A stretch of 64,000 nt of DNA from Gemmatimonadota bacterium. Lineage in GTDB: Bacteria > Gemmatimonadota > Gemmatimonadetes > Gemmatimonadales > GWC2-71-9. Both the position numbers and the translations under genes were made by a program. This document shows positions 28,278 to 37,445 of the stretch, in pieces (position 1 is the first letter of the stretch; each line of letters starts with the position of its first letter). Below the pieces are notes generated by a model. It made no database searches, was not told where the DNA came from, and worked only from the letters and a program-made list of their open reading frames with translations. The stretch lies in assembly GCA_003222055.1 (NCBI GenBank), contig QHUT01000068.1, positions 25,853 to 89,852 on the forward strand. Reading direction: 5' to 3'.

Positions 28278-28453
28278 GCGTATCAGAACCCAGGAGGGCT
28301 GGAACCCGGTATGCATCGCGTGGGGTTGAAGCATAATTGCCGCTGCACGAGTCCCTGAGCGAGCCGGCCCGCTGGGTGGCACGATGGTGTGCCAACGCCC
28401 CCCTCCGGAGCTGTCCGGTGGGGGGCGTTGAATTTCCCCCTGATGAAACGACC

Positions 28454-29284
28454 ATGAGGCGCGGACCGATGAAACGATACCTGTTGGCAAGCGACTTCGA
28501 CCAGACCCTGAGCTTCAACGACTCGGGGATCGTCTTGAGCGACCTGCTCGGCATCTCCGGCTTTCGCGAGAAGAGCGCCGGGCTGTCGCGCATCCACCTG
28601 GTGCAACAGGGCGCGGAGCTCGCGTACCTGCTGCTGCACGATCCCGAATACCGCCGGGTCCGCAAGGAGCACCTCATCGAGGTGGGGAAGCGGATTCGCT
28701 TGAAGCAGAACCTGCACCTGTTGCCGCGCCTGCTGAGCCAGTTGGACGGATTCGACGTCGCGTTCTACGTGATTTCGGCCGCTCCACAGGAGGTGATCCA
28801 GTCGGCGCTCGAAGGCATCGTCCCGCCGGAGCACATCCACGGGACGCGGTTCCGCTATGCCCCGGCGTCCGGCGAAATCCAGGCGATCGAGCGCGTGACC
28901 GCCGGGTACGGCAAGGTGGCCCTGCTCGAGGAACTGCGGGCGCGGCTGCCCGTCAGTCACGACCGCGTGATTTACGTGGGCGACGGCAGCTCGGACATTC
29001 ACGTGATGCTGCACGTCAACCGCCTGAACGGCATGACGATTGCCGTCTCCGAGAACAAGTACCTCGCGCAGATCGCCAAGCGCACCGTGTTGTCCGATGA
29101 CGCAGTGAGTGTGCTCGTGCCGTTCCTCGAGGACATCGTCGGGATGGACGCGGGCCGCATTCACGCCTTGTTCGAGTCCCACGGGCTGGTGCTCCAGGAA
29201 TGGGACAAGGTGCAGACTGACCTCCTCACGATCCGTGAGACCGACGCGGCGCCACCGCTGGTGGCCGAATTGGGGGGCAGATGA
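28454..29284 (+). CDS. HAD-superfamily hydrolase (phosphoserine-phosphatase-like subfamily)
   Basis: Motif I is [11 protein letters not shown] and motif IV is [12 protein letters not shown]. An alternative ATG lies at 28469. Confidence 0.8.
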   Translation: MRRGPMKRYLLASDFDQTLSFNDSGIVLSDLLGISGFREKSAGLSRIHLVQQGAELAYLLLHDPEYRRVRKEHLIEVGKRIRLKQNLHLLPRLLSQLDGFDVAFYVISAAPQEVIQSALEGIVPPEHIHGTRFRYAPASGEIQAIERVTAGYGKVALLEELRARLPVSHDRVIYVGDGSSDIHVMLHVNRLNGMTIAVSENKYLAQIAKRTVLSDDAVSVLVPFLEDIVGMDAGRIHALFESHGLVLQEWDKVQTDLLTIRETDAAPPLVAELGGR

Positions 29285-29514
29285 CGTTCGACTGGATCGG
29301 GTGGTTCGCGACCGCGCTGTTCATGAGCTCGTACTTCTGCAAGGATCCGGTCACGCTGCGGCGGGTGCAGGGCGTCGCGGCGCTCGCCTGGGCGGCGTAC
29401 GGCGTGGTGATTCACGCTTGGCCGGTGATCGTGGCCAACGTGCTCGTGACTGCGGTGGCCGTCTGGACGTCTTTGGGGCGTACGGTGGCCGCGGCGACAC
29501 CGGACCGAGGCTGA
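29281..29514 (+). CDS. Small 3-TM membrane protein
   Basis: ATGA overlap with the HAD gene stop. It is 77 aa with three hydrophobic helices. Confidence 0.55.
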   Translation: MTFDWIGWFATALFMSSYFCKDPVTLRRVQGVAALAWAAYGVVIHAWPVIVANVLVTAVAVWTSLGRTVAAATPDRG

Positions 29515-29638
29515 GCCACAGGACCGTAGCGGGGACGCAGCAGTTGCGGTAACGCTGCGATTCCGGCAGCGGCGGCAAGTGTATCGCTGGTGTGGCGTTA
29601 CCGCCTGACGCGGCGGAGCATCAGGTTGTGCCCGCGTT

Positions 29639-31726
29639 TTGCAGAGCGGGAAGGGCATGCCCCGACCCAGGCGAATCGCGGTGATTTTGGGAGTCCTCCT
29701 GGCGCCCACCGTGTCGTCCTGCGCCGCCGGTCGCGCCGAGCCGGACCACCCGGGCGTGTTCACGGCCGACCAAGCCAAGCAGGGGCGACGCGTGTACAGG
29801 ACCTCCTGCGCGCAGTGTCACGGCAGCGACCTCGAGGGCGTGACGGCGCCGGCGCTCGCCGGCCCGGCGTTCCTGCAGAGATGGCAACCTCCCACGGGCA
29901 GCGCCGCAGACGTGTACCACGTGATGCGCGTCTCGATGCCGAAGCTGGCGATGGGCTCGCTCGCGCCCGACGACTACACCGCCGTGTTCGCCTTCCTGCT
30001 GCAGCGGAACGGCTGGCCAGCCGGGCGCCGGCGCTTCGACGGCTCCGACACGATGCTCAGCCAGATTCGTCTCGATCGCCTCGGCGCCGTGGGCGCGCCG
30101 GCCGCGCTCGCCCCCAGCGCATTCATCGCGGGCAAGGACGATCCGCCGCCGCGGGGCGCGGGACCGACCGCGTCGGAGCTCGCCGGCGTCGCCTCCGTCA
30201 ACTGGCCTTATCAGACCGGTAGTTACTCGGGGACGCGCTACTCCCAGCTGACCCAGCTGACTCCCGCCAACGCCGGACGGCTCAGCGTCGCCTGCGTGTT
30301 CCAGGTCGGCCCCTCCGAAGTTTTTCAAACGGGCCCGGTGGTGTACCAGGGAGTGATGTATGTGACGACCGTGCGCCAGACGGTGGCGCTCGACGCCGCT
30401 ACGTGTCGTCCCCGGTGGCGGTACACGTGGCGACCGAGGGACTACGAGCTGTGGCCGATGAACCGAGGGGCGGCGCTGGCACGGGGGTACGTCGTGCGCG
30501 GCACGGCCGACGGGTATCTGCTCGCGCTCGATGCCAGGGACGGTGAGCTGTTGTGGGCGCGCCACGTGGCGCGCTCCCAGGAGGGCGAGACCATCACAAT
30601 GGCTCCGCTCATCCACGACGGTCTCGTGGTGATCGGCCCCGCCGGTAGCGAGAACAGCATCAAGGGATGGATCGGCGCGTTCCGGCTCTCCGACGGCACA
30701 CCGGTGTGGCGGTTCAACACCGTCCCCAAACCGGGCGAGCCCGGCGCAGACACTTGGGCGAACCCGCGGGGCCTGCCGCAGGGAGGCGGCGCGGTGTGGA
30801 CGCCGCTGGCGCTCGACCCGGTCACAGGAGAGCTGTTCGTCGCGGTGACGAACCCGGCCCCGGCCTTCGCGGGTCATCTACGCCCGGGCAAGAACCTCTA
30901 CACGAACGCCCTCGTCGCCCTCGACGTGCGCACCGGAACCCTGCGCTGGTACGACCAGCTGCTCCCCAACGACACGCACGACTGGGACCTCACTCAGGTC
31001 TCCCCGCTGTTCCGGGAGACGGTCGGCGGCCGGGCGCGAAATCTGATCGCTACCGTGGGCAAGGCCGGGGTGCTCACGGTGCTCGATCGGGACACGCACG
31101 AGCGCGTGTACGAGGTCCCCATCACCACCCGGCTGAACGCCGACGCGCCGGTGGGTAGGAAGCCCGTCAGGGTGTGCCCCGGCATGCATGGCGGCGTGGA
31201 ATGGAATGGGCCCGCGTACAGCCCCCGCGTCCACCTGCTGTACGTTCCGGCGGTGGATTGGTGCGGGATCTTCCAGGCGGGCAGGAAGGCGCGCTTCGAC
31301 CCGGGCGAGGAGTACATCGGCGGCGCTTACACGGGGGACTCCGCGACGCGAGCGAGCGGGTGGCTCACCGCGGTGGACGCCGCCACGGGCACGGTGCGTT
31401 GGCGCTACCGCTCCGCGAAACCTCTGGTCGCGGCCGTGACTGCGACCGCGGGAGGCGTGGTATTGACGGGCGAGCTGACGGGCGACTTCCTGGCGCTGGA
31501 CGCGCAGACGGGACGGGAGCTGTACCGCTTTTACACAGGATCGGGGCTCCTGGGTGGCGTCGTCACCTATACGGTGGGTGGCAAGCAATACGTCGCCGCG
31601 GCGTCGGGTGGCGGATCGTACAACTTCGGCCGCGAGGGATCGCCCACCATCTTCGTGTTCACGCTGCCTACTTCCACGCTTCCGTCGGCAGGTCCGCCGG
31701 CGGCTCAAGCGACTGGATATAGGTGA
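29639..31726 (+). CDS. PQQ-type beta-propeller dehydrogenase with an N-terminal c-type cytochrome domain
   Basis: It has a lipoprotein-like signal and the haem motif CAQCH. PQQ-propeller-like repeats follow (WPYQTGSYSGTRYS..., repeated W-rich blades). Confidence 0.8.
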   Translation: MQSGKGMPRPRRIAVILGVLLAPTVSSCAAGRAEPDHPGVFTADQAKQGRRVYRTSCAQCHGSDLEGVTAPALAGPAFLQRWQPPTGSAADVYHVMRVSMPKLAMGSLAPDDYTAVFAFLLQRNGWPAGRRRFDGSDTMLSQIRLDRLGAVGAPAALAPSAFIAGKDDPPPRGAGPTASELAGVASVNWPYQTGSYSGTRYSQLTQLTPANAGRLSVACVFQVGPSEVFQTGPVVYQGVMYVTTVRQTVALDAATCRPRWRYTWRPRDYELWPMNRGAALARGYVVRGTADGYLLALDARDGELLWARHVARSQEGETITMAPLIHDGLVVIGPAGSENSIKGWIGAFRLSDGTPVWRFNTVPKPGEPGADTWANPRGLPQGGGAVWTPLALDPVTGELFVAVTNPAPAFAGHLRPGKNLYTNALVALDVRTGTLRWYDQLLPNDTHDWDLTQVSPLFRETVGGRARNLIATVGKAGVLTVLDRDTHERVYEVPITTRLNADAPVGRKPVRVCPGMHGGVEWNGPAYSPRVHLLYVPAVDWCGIFQAGRKARFDPGEEYIGGAYTGDSATRASGWLTAVDAATGTVRWRYRSAKPLVAAVTATAGGVVLTGELTGDFLALDAQTGRELYRFYTGSGLLGGVVTYTVGGKQYVAAASGGGSYNFGREGSPTIFVFTLPTSTLPSAGPPAAQATGYR

Positions 31727-32117
31727 CGAGCTTCCACACGGCGTCGGGGGCGAGCAGCAGTCCGCCGTAGGCGGGCATGCCGTGCGGGCGGCCATAATAG
31801 ATCGACTGGAAGATCTCGCCGTCCGCGCCGCCGAACCGCCACCGGCCGTCCGCCAGACTCGGCCCCACCCAACCGGCGCCCGCGCCGCCGTGACAACCGT
31901 CGCAATTCATCGCGGTGAAGATCTTCGCCCCCTCATCTGCCGACCGCTTGTCTCGCCGGTAGGGATTCTGCCAGCGCACGGCCTTGGGGACCGCGCCGCC
32001 CGCGAACACATGCTCGTCGTGACGCACGGCGGGGAGCCCAGCCTGCTGGTCGGGGGTCGCGCGCTGCCCGCACCCGGCCACCACCGCTCCCAGGAGGAGG
32101 ACCGGAAGGAGCCTCAC
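31668..32117 (-). CDS. Lipoprotein c-type cytochrome (XoxG-like electron acceptor candidate)
   Basis: It has a lipobox (LLGAVVAGC) and haem motif CDGCH. Its GTG overlaps the upstream stop (GTGA at 32114-32117). Confidence 0.75.
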   Translation of the reverse strand: MRLLPVLLLGAVVAGCGQRATPDQQAGLPAVRHDEHVFAGGAVPKAVRWQNPYRRDKRSADEGAKIFTAMNCDGCHGGAGAGWVGPSLADGRWRFGGADGEIFQSIYYGRPHGMPAYGGLLLAPDAVWKLVTYIQSLEPPADLPTEAWK

Positions 32118-32620
32118 CCCTTCACCGCCGCGAACCCGCCGATGACGGCGATCACGACGCCCAGCGCGATCTTGGCGGCGGCACCGGCCGCGCGGGCCAG
32201 CACCGCGCCCCAGCCCGCCCGCACCGCCACGGTCGGCGTGCGCGACCACGAAAACTCGAATAACGCGGCGCCGACGAAGGCGCCCAGGAAGGCGCCGATC
32301 ACGCTCCCGACGATCGGGACCGGCACGCCCACCATGGCGCCCACGATCCCGCCGACCAGCGCGCCCCATCCCGAGCGGCGTGAGCCCCCGTAGCGCTCGG
32401 TGAGCCCGAACCCCACCCACCACTCGACGATCTCGCCGAGAAACGCGAGGCCCAGCACGATCGCCATCGTGGCGATCCCGACCGTGCGAAACGCGGTGAG
32501 CGCCCCGTAGCCCAGGACGCCGCCCACCATCACCCACAGGCCCGGCAGGCCCAGCGGGACGAGGATCAGTCCCGCGACGAGGCACAGGCCGAGCACGATC
32601 ACAGCGAGGGTGTGGCTCAC
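32114..32620 (-). CDS. DUF456-like membrane protein
   Basis: It is Gly-rich with 4 TM helices and the LGEIVEWWVG motif. It overlaps its neighbours by 4 nt on both sides. Confidence 0.7.
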   Translation of the reverse strand: MSHTLAVIVLGLCLVAGLILVPLGLPGLWVMVGGVLGYGALTAFRTVGIATMAIVLGLAFLGEIVEWWVGFGLTERYGGSRRSGWGALVGGIVGAMVGVPVPIVGSVIGAFLGAFVGAALFEFSWSRTPTVAVRAGWGAVLARAAGAAAKIALGVVIAVIGGFAAVKG

Positions 32621-34389
32621 GGACCGAGCGCGAACAGCCAGACCATGCCGCCCTGGCTCGTGTGGCGCGCGATGTCGCGGATGAAGTCGGCGGGCGGCCG
32701 CACGTCCGCGGGGTCATCGGAGCGCACATCACCGGCGAGCAGGAACCAGTCGCCGCCGATTCCAGCGTACACGGCGACGTACTGTTTGCCGTCGGGGCCG
32801 GTGTAGGTGATGGGATTCCCCACGACGCCCGACCCGACCTTGAATTTCCACAGCAGCCGCCCAGTCGTCGCGTCCGCGGCCTTGAACCAGCCGTCGAGCG
32901 TGCCGTAGAAGACGACGTTGCCGGCGGTGGCGAGCACACCGCTCCAGACCGGGTAGGGCTCGGCGATCTCCCACACCTTGCGGCCGCGGCTCGCGTCCCA
33001 GGCGATGAACGCGCCCAGGTGGCCGCCGGGCCCGGCATGGTACGGCGTGTTGGCGCCGATGAACGGCGTGCCGGCGATACGGGTCGCCGTCACCGCCTGG
33101 TAGTCCATACAAAGGTTGTTGGTGGGAACGTAGAACAGTCCCGTGCGCGCCGAGTACGCCGCCGGCGCCGCAGGCGTCTTCCCGCCCTCCAGGCTCGGGC
33201 AGATGTCCTTCACGTTGCCTCGCGACGCGCCCGTGAGCTTGGTCGAGTCGACCACCGGGCGGCCGCTCGAGCGGTCCACGCGCTTCGCCCAGCTCACGGT
33301 GACGAACGGCTCCGCCACGAGCACTTCGCCCGTGGCGCGGTCGAGCGTATACGCGAAGCCGTTCTTGTCGAAGTGGACCAGCACGTTGCGCTCCTCACCG
33401 CCCACGGGCAGGTCGGCGAGGATCATCTCGGCGTTGGCGTCGTAGTCCCAGTTGTCGTGCGGCGTGAACTGATAGGCCCACACCAGGGCCCCGTTGTCGG
33501 GCCGCCTGGCCAGCACGCTCGCCGTCCACTTATTGTCGCCGGCACGCTGCTCCGGGTTGTACGGACCGGGATTGCCGACGCCGTAATACACCAGGTCGAG
33601 ACGCGGGTCGTAGGACATCCATCCCCACACCGGCCCGCCGCCGTGGACCCAGGCGTCCTTCGGCCACGTCGTGGCGCCCAGATCCTTTTGCTTCTCGTAA
33701 GACGGCCGCCACGTCCCCGGCCACGCCAGCATCTCGCTGTCCGGGCCCATGTTGTACGCGGTCCACGCGAGCCGGCCCGTCCGGAGATCGAGCCCCTTCA
33801 CCCAGCCGTGGATGCCGAACTCGCCTCCCGACGCGCCGACGATCACCCGGCGCTTCACGATGAACGGGGCGACGGGTGTGGTCTCGCCCTGCGACAGATC
33901 CGCGATCTTCGTCATCCACACCTCTTTCCCCGTCGCGGTGTCGATCGCGACCGTGCGGCCGTCCAGCAGGTTGTAGACGATCTTCCCCTCCGCGTAGAAC
34001 GCGCCGCGGTTGATCGCATCGCAACAGGCGATCCCCACGGCGTTGGGATCCACGTCGGGGCGGTACTTCCACTTGAGCGGATAGTCCGGCCGGGTGAGGT
34101 CGAACGCGTACAGCACGTTTGGGTACGGGGTCACGACATACAGCGTGTGGCCCACGACGAGGGGCTGGCCCTCGTGGCCGCCCAGCACGCCCGTGGAGAA
34201 GGTCCACACCGGCCGCAGTCGGCCCGCGTTGACCGCGGTGATCTGCGCCAGGGGGCTGTAGCGCGTCGCCGCGTAGTCGCGGGCGGGCATGGTCCACTGG
34301 CCGTCCTCGCCGGCCTCCTGCGCCGGGGCGGCCACCGGACACAGTGCCCCGAGGAGCAGCGCGAACGCGCCCGCCCCTCTGCCCGTCAC
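32617..34389 (-). CDS. xoxF: PQQ-dependent alcohol/methanol dehydrogenase, XoxF (lanthanide) type
   Basis: It has a signal peptide and the vicinal disulfide GIACCDAINRG (codons at 34021-34026). The catalytic region is HDNWDYDANAEMIL, with W-D-Y-D at 33439-33450. Confidence 0.85.
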   Translation of the reverse strand: MTGRGAGAFALLLGALCPVAAPAQEAGEDGQWTMPARDYAATRYSPLAQITAVNAGRLRPVWTFSTGVLGGHEGQPLVVGHTLYVVTPYPNVLYAFDLTRPDYPLKWKYRPDVDPNAVGIACCDAINRGAFYAEGKIVYNLLDGRTVAIDTATGKEVWMTKIADLSQGETTPVAPFIVKRRVIVGASGGEFGIHGWVKGLDLRTGRLAWTAYNMGPDSEMLAWPGTWRPSYEKQKDLGATTWPKDAWVHGGGPVWGWMSYDPRLDLVYYGVGNPGPYNPEQRAGDNKWTASVLARRPDNGALVWAYQFTPHDNWDYDANAEMILADLPVGGEERNVLVHFDKNGFAYTLDRATGEVLVAEPFVTVSWAKRVDRSSGRPVVDSTKLTGASRGNVKDICPSLEGGKTPAAPAAYSARTGLFYVPTNNLCMDYQAVTATRIAGTPFIGANTPYHAGPGGHLGAFIAWDASRGRKVWEIAEPYPVWSGVLATAGNVVFYGTLDGWFKAADATTGRLLWKFKVGSGVVGNPITYTGPDGKQYVAVYAGIGGDWFLLAGDVRSDDPADVRPPADFIRDIARHTSQGGMVWLFALGP

Positions 34390-34631
34390 GCCAGGCCGAG
34401 ACGGTGGCGGAGATGCTCCTGCACCTCGGCCGTGATGATCCCCCGCTGGACGGCGTCCGCGAGCGCCGCCGTGATGGCAGCCCGATCGGCGTCCAGGCTC
34501 TGCTCGCGCAGCTCGCGGATGATCCGCGCCAGCCGTTCATCGTAGTCCTGCGACTTGAGGGTTCCCGCGTCCACCTGCTGCTTCAATTTCTCCAGCTCCT
34601 TGACGAAGCGTTGAACCGTGACCGGTGCCAT
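34386..34631 (-). CDS. Small helical hypothetical protein coupled to xoxF
   Basis: 81 aa. AGGAGGA lies 7 nt upstream of the ATG at 34631. Its stop overlaps the xoxF GTG. Confidence 0.5.
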   Translation of the reverse strand: MAPVTVQRFVKELEKLKQQVDAGTLKSQDYDERLARIIRELREQSLDADRAAITAALADAVQRGIITAEVQEHLRHRLGLA

Positions 34632-34748
34632 CCGACATCCTCCTGTGGCGGCTCTCACTCTGTCGAGCCGGTGGGACTGCGCCCCGCGGGCAACGATGGA
34701 CGATGGAAGCACGTGGCCGCAAGGCCCGCGGCCGGCTACACTAGTGGC

Positions 34749-35537
34749 GTGACCGCCGCGCACCTCATGCTCGCGCTCGTCGCCGCCGCGGCGGCGGGCG
34801 CCGTGAACGCCATCGCCGGCGGCGGCACGCTGCTCACCTTTCCCGCCATCGTCGGGCTCGGCGTCACGCCGCTCGTGGCCAACGCCACCAGCAGCGTGGC
34901 GTTGTGGCCCGGCTCGCTCGGCAGCATGTGGGGCTATCGCCACGAGCTTACGGGCGCGCGGCACTGGGTGATCGGCTTCGCCGCGCCGAGCCTTGTGGGC
35001 GGGGGCCTCGGTGCGTGGCTGCTGTTGCACACGCCGCCCGCGGCGTTCGATCGCATCGTGCCGTTTCTGGTGCTCGGGGCGACGGTTCTATTTCTCGTCC
35101 AGGGACCGCTGCTTCGCAGGCTGCGCGGCCAGTCTGCGGGGGCGAGTGCCCGGACGATGCCGGACACAAGGCCCCGGTGGAGCTTCGTGGCGGCCCAGTT
35201 CCTCGTGGCAGTCTACGGGGGCTACTTCGGGGCGGGCATCGGGATCCTCATGCTGGCCGTGCTGGGCTTCATGGGCCTCACCAACATCCATCTGATGAAC
35301 GGCCTCAAGAACTGGGGCGCGCTGTGCATCAACGCCGTGGCGGTAACGATGTTCGCGGGCGGCGGCATCGTGCACTGGCCGATCGCCCTGACCATGGCCG
35401 TGGGTGGGATGCTGGGTGGTTATGCAGGCTCCCGCCTGGCGCAGCGCGTCGGGCAGGCGGGCGTGCGGCACGCCATCGTGGCCATCGGTCTCACGGCGTT
35501 CGTGTGGCTGCTGCTGCGCCGGCCCGGCGGCGGCTGA
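34749..35537 (+). CDS. TauE/SafE family sulfite/anion exporter
   Basis: It has AVNAIAGGGTLLTFPAIVGLGVTPLVANATSS and a repeated C-terminal half. The start is GTG 34749 or ATG 34767. Confidence 0.85.
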   Translation: MTAAHLMLALVAAAAAGAVNAIAGGGTLLTFPAIVGLGVTPLVANATSSVALWPGSLGSMWGYRHELTGARHWVIGFAAPSLVGGGLGAWLLLHTPPAAFDRIVPFLVLGATVLFLVQGPLLRRLRGQSAGASARTMPDTRPRWSFVAAQFLVAVYGGYFGAGIGILMLAVLGFMGLTNIHLMNGLKNWGALCINAVAVTMFAGGGIVHWPIALTMAVGGMLGGYAGSRLAQRVGQAGVRHAIVAIGLTAFVWLLLRRPGGG

Positions 35538-35540
35538 CAG

Positions 35541-35741
35541 TCAGGACGAGCCTGACTCGGAGTCCGACGCCTTCTTACCGTCGTTGCGCTTGAACAGCCA
35601 CACCGCGAACAGGACGATCCCCACGACGAGCGCGATCTTGAACGCCAGGAACAGCAGTGGAATGAAAAAGAGCGACCCGACCTTCCACAAGGAGAAGCCA
35701 AGCAGGCCGAGTGCGGCGAGTTGCAGCAGCGGTTTGGACAT
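35541..35741 (-). CDS. Small 2-TM membrane protein
   Basis: 66 aa with two hydrophobic helices and an acidic/Ser tail. Confidence 0.55.
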   Translation of the reverse strand: MSKPLLQLAALGLLGFSLWKVGSLFFIPLLFLAFKIALVVGIVLFAVWLFKRNDGKKASDSESGSS

Positions 35742-35762
35742 GAGCGACTCCTTCGTGACGCG

Positions 35763-36437
35763 TCAGCCGGACGTGATCGAGTAGTCGAGCGGCTGGGTGA
35801 TGTGGACGCGTACGGCCCTGCCGTGCAGCCGGGCAGGCCGGAACAGCGCCTTGAGGAGCCACTCGCGGGCGGGCACATCGAAGCCGGGGTTGGGGCTGGT
35901 GGCGATCACGACTGAGGCGGGCTCCACCCGACCCGTGGTATCGACGATGGCCCGCAGCAGCACGCGGCCCTGGATCCGGGCCTGCTTCAAGAGATCGGGG
36001 TAGAGGGCAGGGGGCGCCGAGAGCAAGGCGGGCTGCTCCTCCACCAGCGCCTCCGAATAGACCTGGTTCTCGGAGGGCAACAGCCCATCGGCGCGGCCGC
36101 CCTCGACGCCGATCCCCGAATAATCCTTCGGGTCGAAGCGCTCCCGCAGGTCCAGCTTGGGCACGGCGCTGGGGATCTGGGTGGGGACGGTCACGGTCTG
36201 GAACCCTCGGAGGGGCTCCACGAGCTGGGCGGGGGGCGGCGTCGGCTGCCGCTCTGGCGGCGTGAGCAGCACGACCGACGTGTCGCTCCGCACGGCGGTG
36301 TCGGCGGGCCGGGCTGAGAGCGTCGCGTACACCGCGGCGGCGATCAGCGCCGTGTGCACCGCGAGCGACGTGGCCCCGACGCCGAGCAGCGTCTTGGTCT
36401 TGGTCCGGCGCTTCGTCTCGAGCAGTGTCAGCTCCAT
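35763..36437 (-). CDS. TonB family energy transducer
   Basis: It has an N-terminal TM anchor and a Pro-rich spacer (PPERQPTPPPAQ). The C-terminal domain reads YPDLLKQARIQGRVLLRAIVDTTGRV. Confidence 0.8.
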   Translation of the reverse strand: MELTLLETKRRTKTKTLLGVGATSLAVHTALIAAAVYATLSARPADTAVRSDTSVVLLTPPERQPTPPPAQLVEPLRGFQTVTVPTQIPSAVPKLDLRERFDPKDYSGIGVEGGRADGLLPSENQVYSEALVEEQPALLSAPPALYPDLLKQARIQGRVLLRAIVDTTGRVEPASVVIATSPNPGFDVPAREWLLKALFRPARLHGRAVRVHITQPLDYSITSG

Positions 36438-36558
36438 ACGTCCTCCCGTGTCCTGGGGTCGGCTAAGGCGACGGCCGCACCCACATGACCCGGTTGGAAG
36501 ACGAGAAGTTCCCATCAGGAGTTTCGCGGCGCGGACCCGCACGGGGCCCGGACCGACT

Positions 36559-36611
36559 CCTGACGCGCCGACGCGCCTCGACGGGTAGCCGCCGAGGCGC
36601 GTCGCGTCAGG
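36559..36611 (-). terminator. Long GC hairpin 3-prime of the lipoprotein gene
   Basis: Arms 36559-36580 and 36593-36611 (CCTGACGCG..GACGCGCCTCG / CGAGGCGCGTCGCGTCAGG) carry a 2-3 nt bulge. Confidence 0.5.
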
Positions 36612-36623
36612 CAGGGGTGGAGA

Positions 36624-37445
36624 TTACTGCTTCGAAATGTCCCCTCTGGTGACGGTGCCGGACACGGTGAAGCCCTCGGACGGGATGAACACCTTGAAGA
36701 AGTCCGTCCCGCTCCCGGCCGGCCCGTTGTCGCATACGGTCAAGGTGTAACCGACCAAACTCCCTGTGTCCTCTCGACCGACGGCGTCGACCTCGACTCC
36801 GCGGCTCGGGTCGCTGCACGCGCCCGAGCTGTTGCGGTACGCCTTGAACGAGGTCGCGGGATCGGCCACCGGATCGGTGGTCAGTGTGGCGGGGGTGCCG
36901 CCGTGCAAGTCGGCGTAATCGGTGCCCGTGAACCGCCCGGTGAGGTCTGCCCGAATGTCGAAGTCGAAGGTGGTGGCATCGCTGCCGGGTGTAGGCGAGC
37001 CGGCGCCGATCTGACCCTGACCGATCACCTCGCCCGTCGCACCCCCGCCGCCCCCACCACCACCCCCCCCGCTAGCGGTGCAGCCCACGGAGAAGCCCGT
37101 CGTACCGACGACCCCCGCGATGAGCGAGACTGTGCGCGGGTTATCACTCACCGAGCAGTTCGACGGGACGTCCGCCAGGCCCACGGTGTGATCGCCCGCC
37201 GAAAGTCCCGTGAACGTGACGATGCCGTTCGCGCCGACCGACTGACTGTGTGAGTCATCCACGGTGACGGTGTAGCCGCTCGGCATGTCCGATCCCGAGG
37301 TGCTGACCGTGACGACGATTGTGCCGAGGTCCAGAAGACCGACGTCGGCTTCCGGCCTGGGACTCTGGGAATCGGTGCAGGCGCTCGCCGCGGCCAGCAT
37401 TGCGAATAGAACCGCCCGCACGGAGTTTCGCATTGGACGCGTCAT
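36624..37445 (-). CDS. Secreted lipoprotein: one Ig/PEGA-like repeat, poly-Gly linker, conserved C-terminal domain (family member 1)
   Basis: It has a lipobox (LAAASAC) and a Gly10 linker. The C-terminal domain is FDFDIRADLTGRF...VCDNGPAGSGTDFFKVFI...GTVTRGDISKQ. Confidence 0.75.
   Translation of the reverse strand: MTRPMRNSVRAVLFAMLAAASACTDSQSPRPEADVGLLDLGTIVVTVSTSGSDMPSGYTVTVDDSHSQSVGANGIVTFTGLSAGDHTVGLADVPSNCSVSDNPRTVSLIAGVVGTTGFSVGCTASGGGGGGGGGGATGEVIGQGQIGAGSPTPGSDATTFDFDIRADLTGRFTGTDYADLHGGTPATLTTDPVADPATSFKAYRNSSGACSDPSRGVEVDAVGREDTGSLVGYTLTVCDNGPAGSGTDFFKVFIPSEGFTVSGTVTRGDISKQ

Noticed and set aside
31668-31726. The 59-nt convergent overlap of the PQQ-cytochrome gene and the cytochrome c gene, as a possible annotation error or frameshift.
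   Set aside because: Both frames stay open with plausible C-terminal tails, and no alternative earlier stop exists. I leave it as a genuine overlap that needs transcript data.
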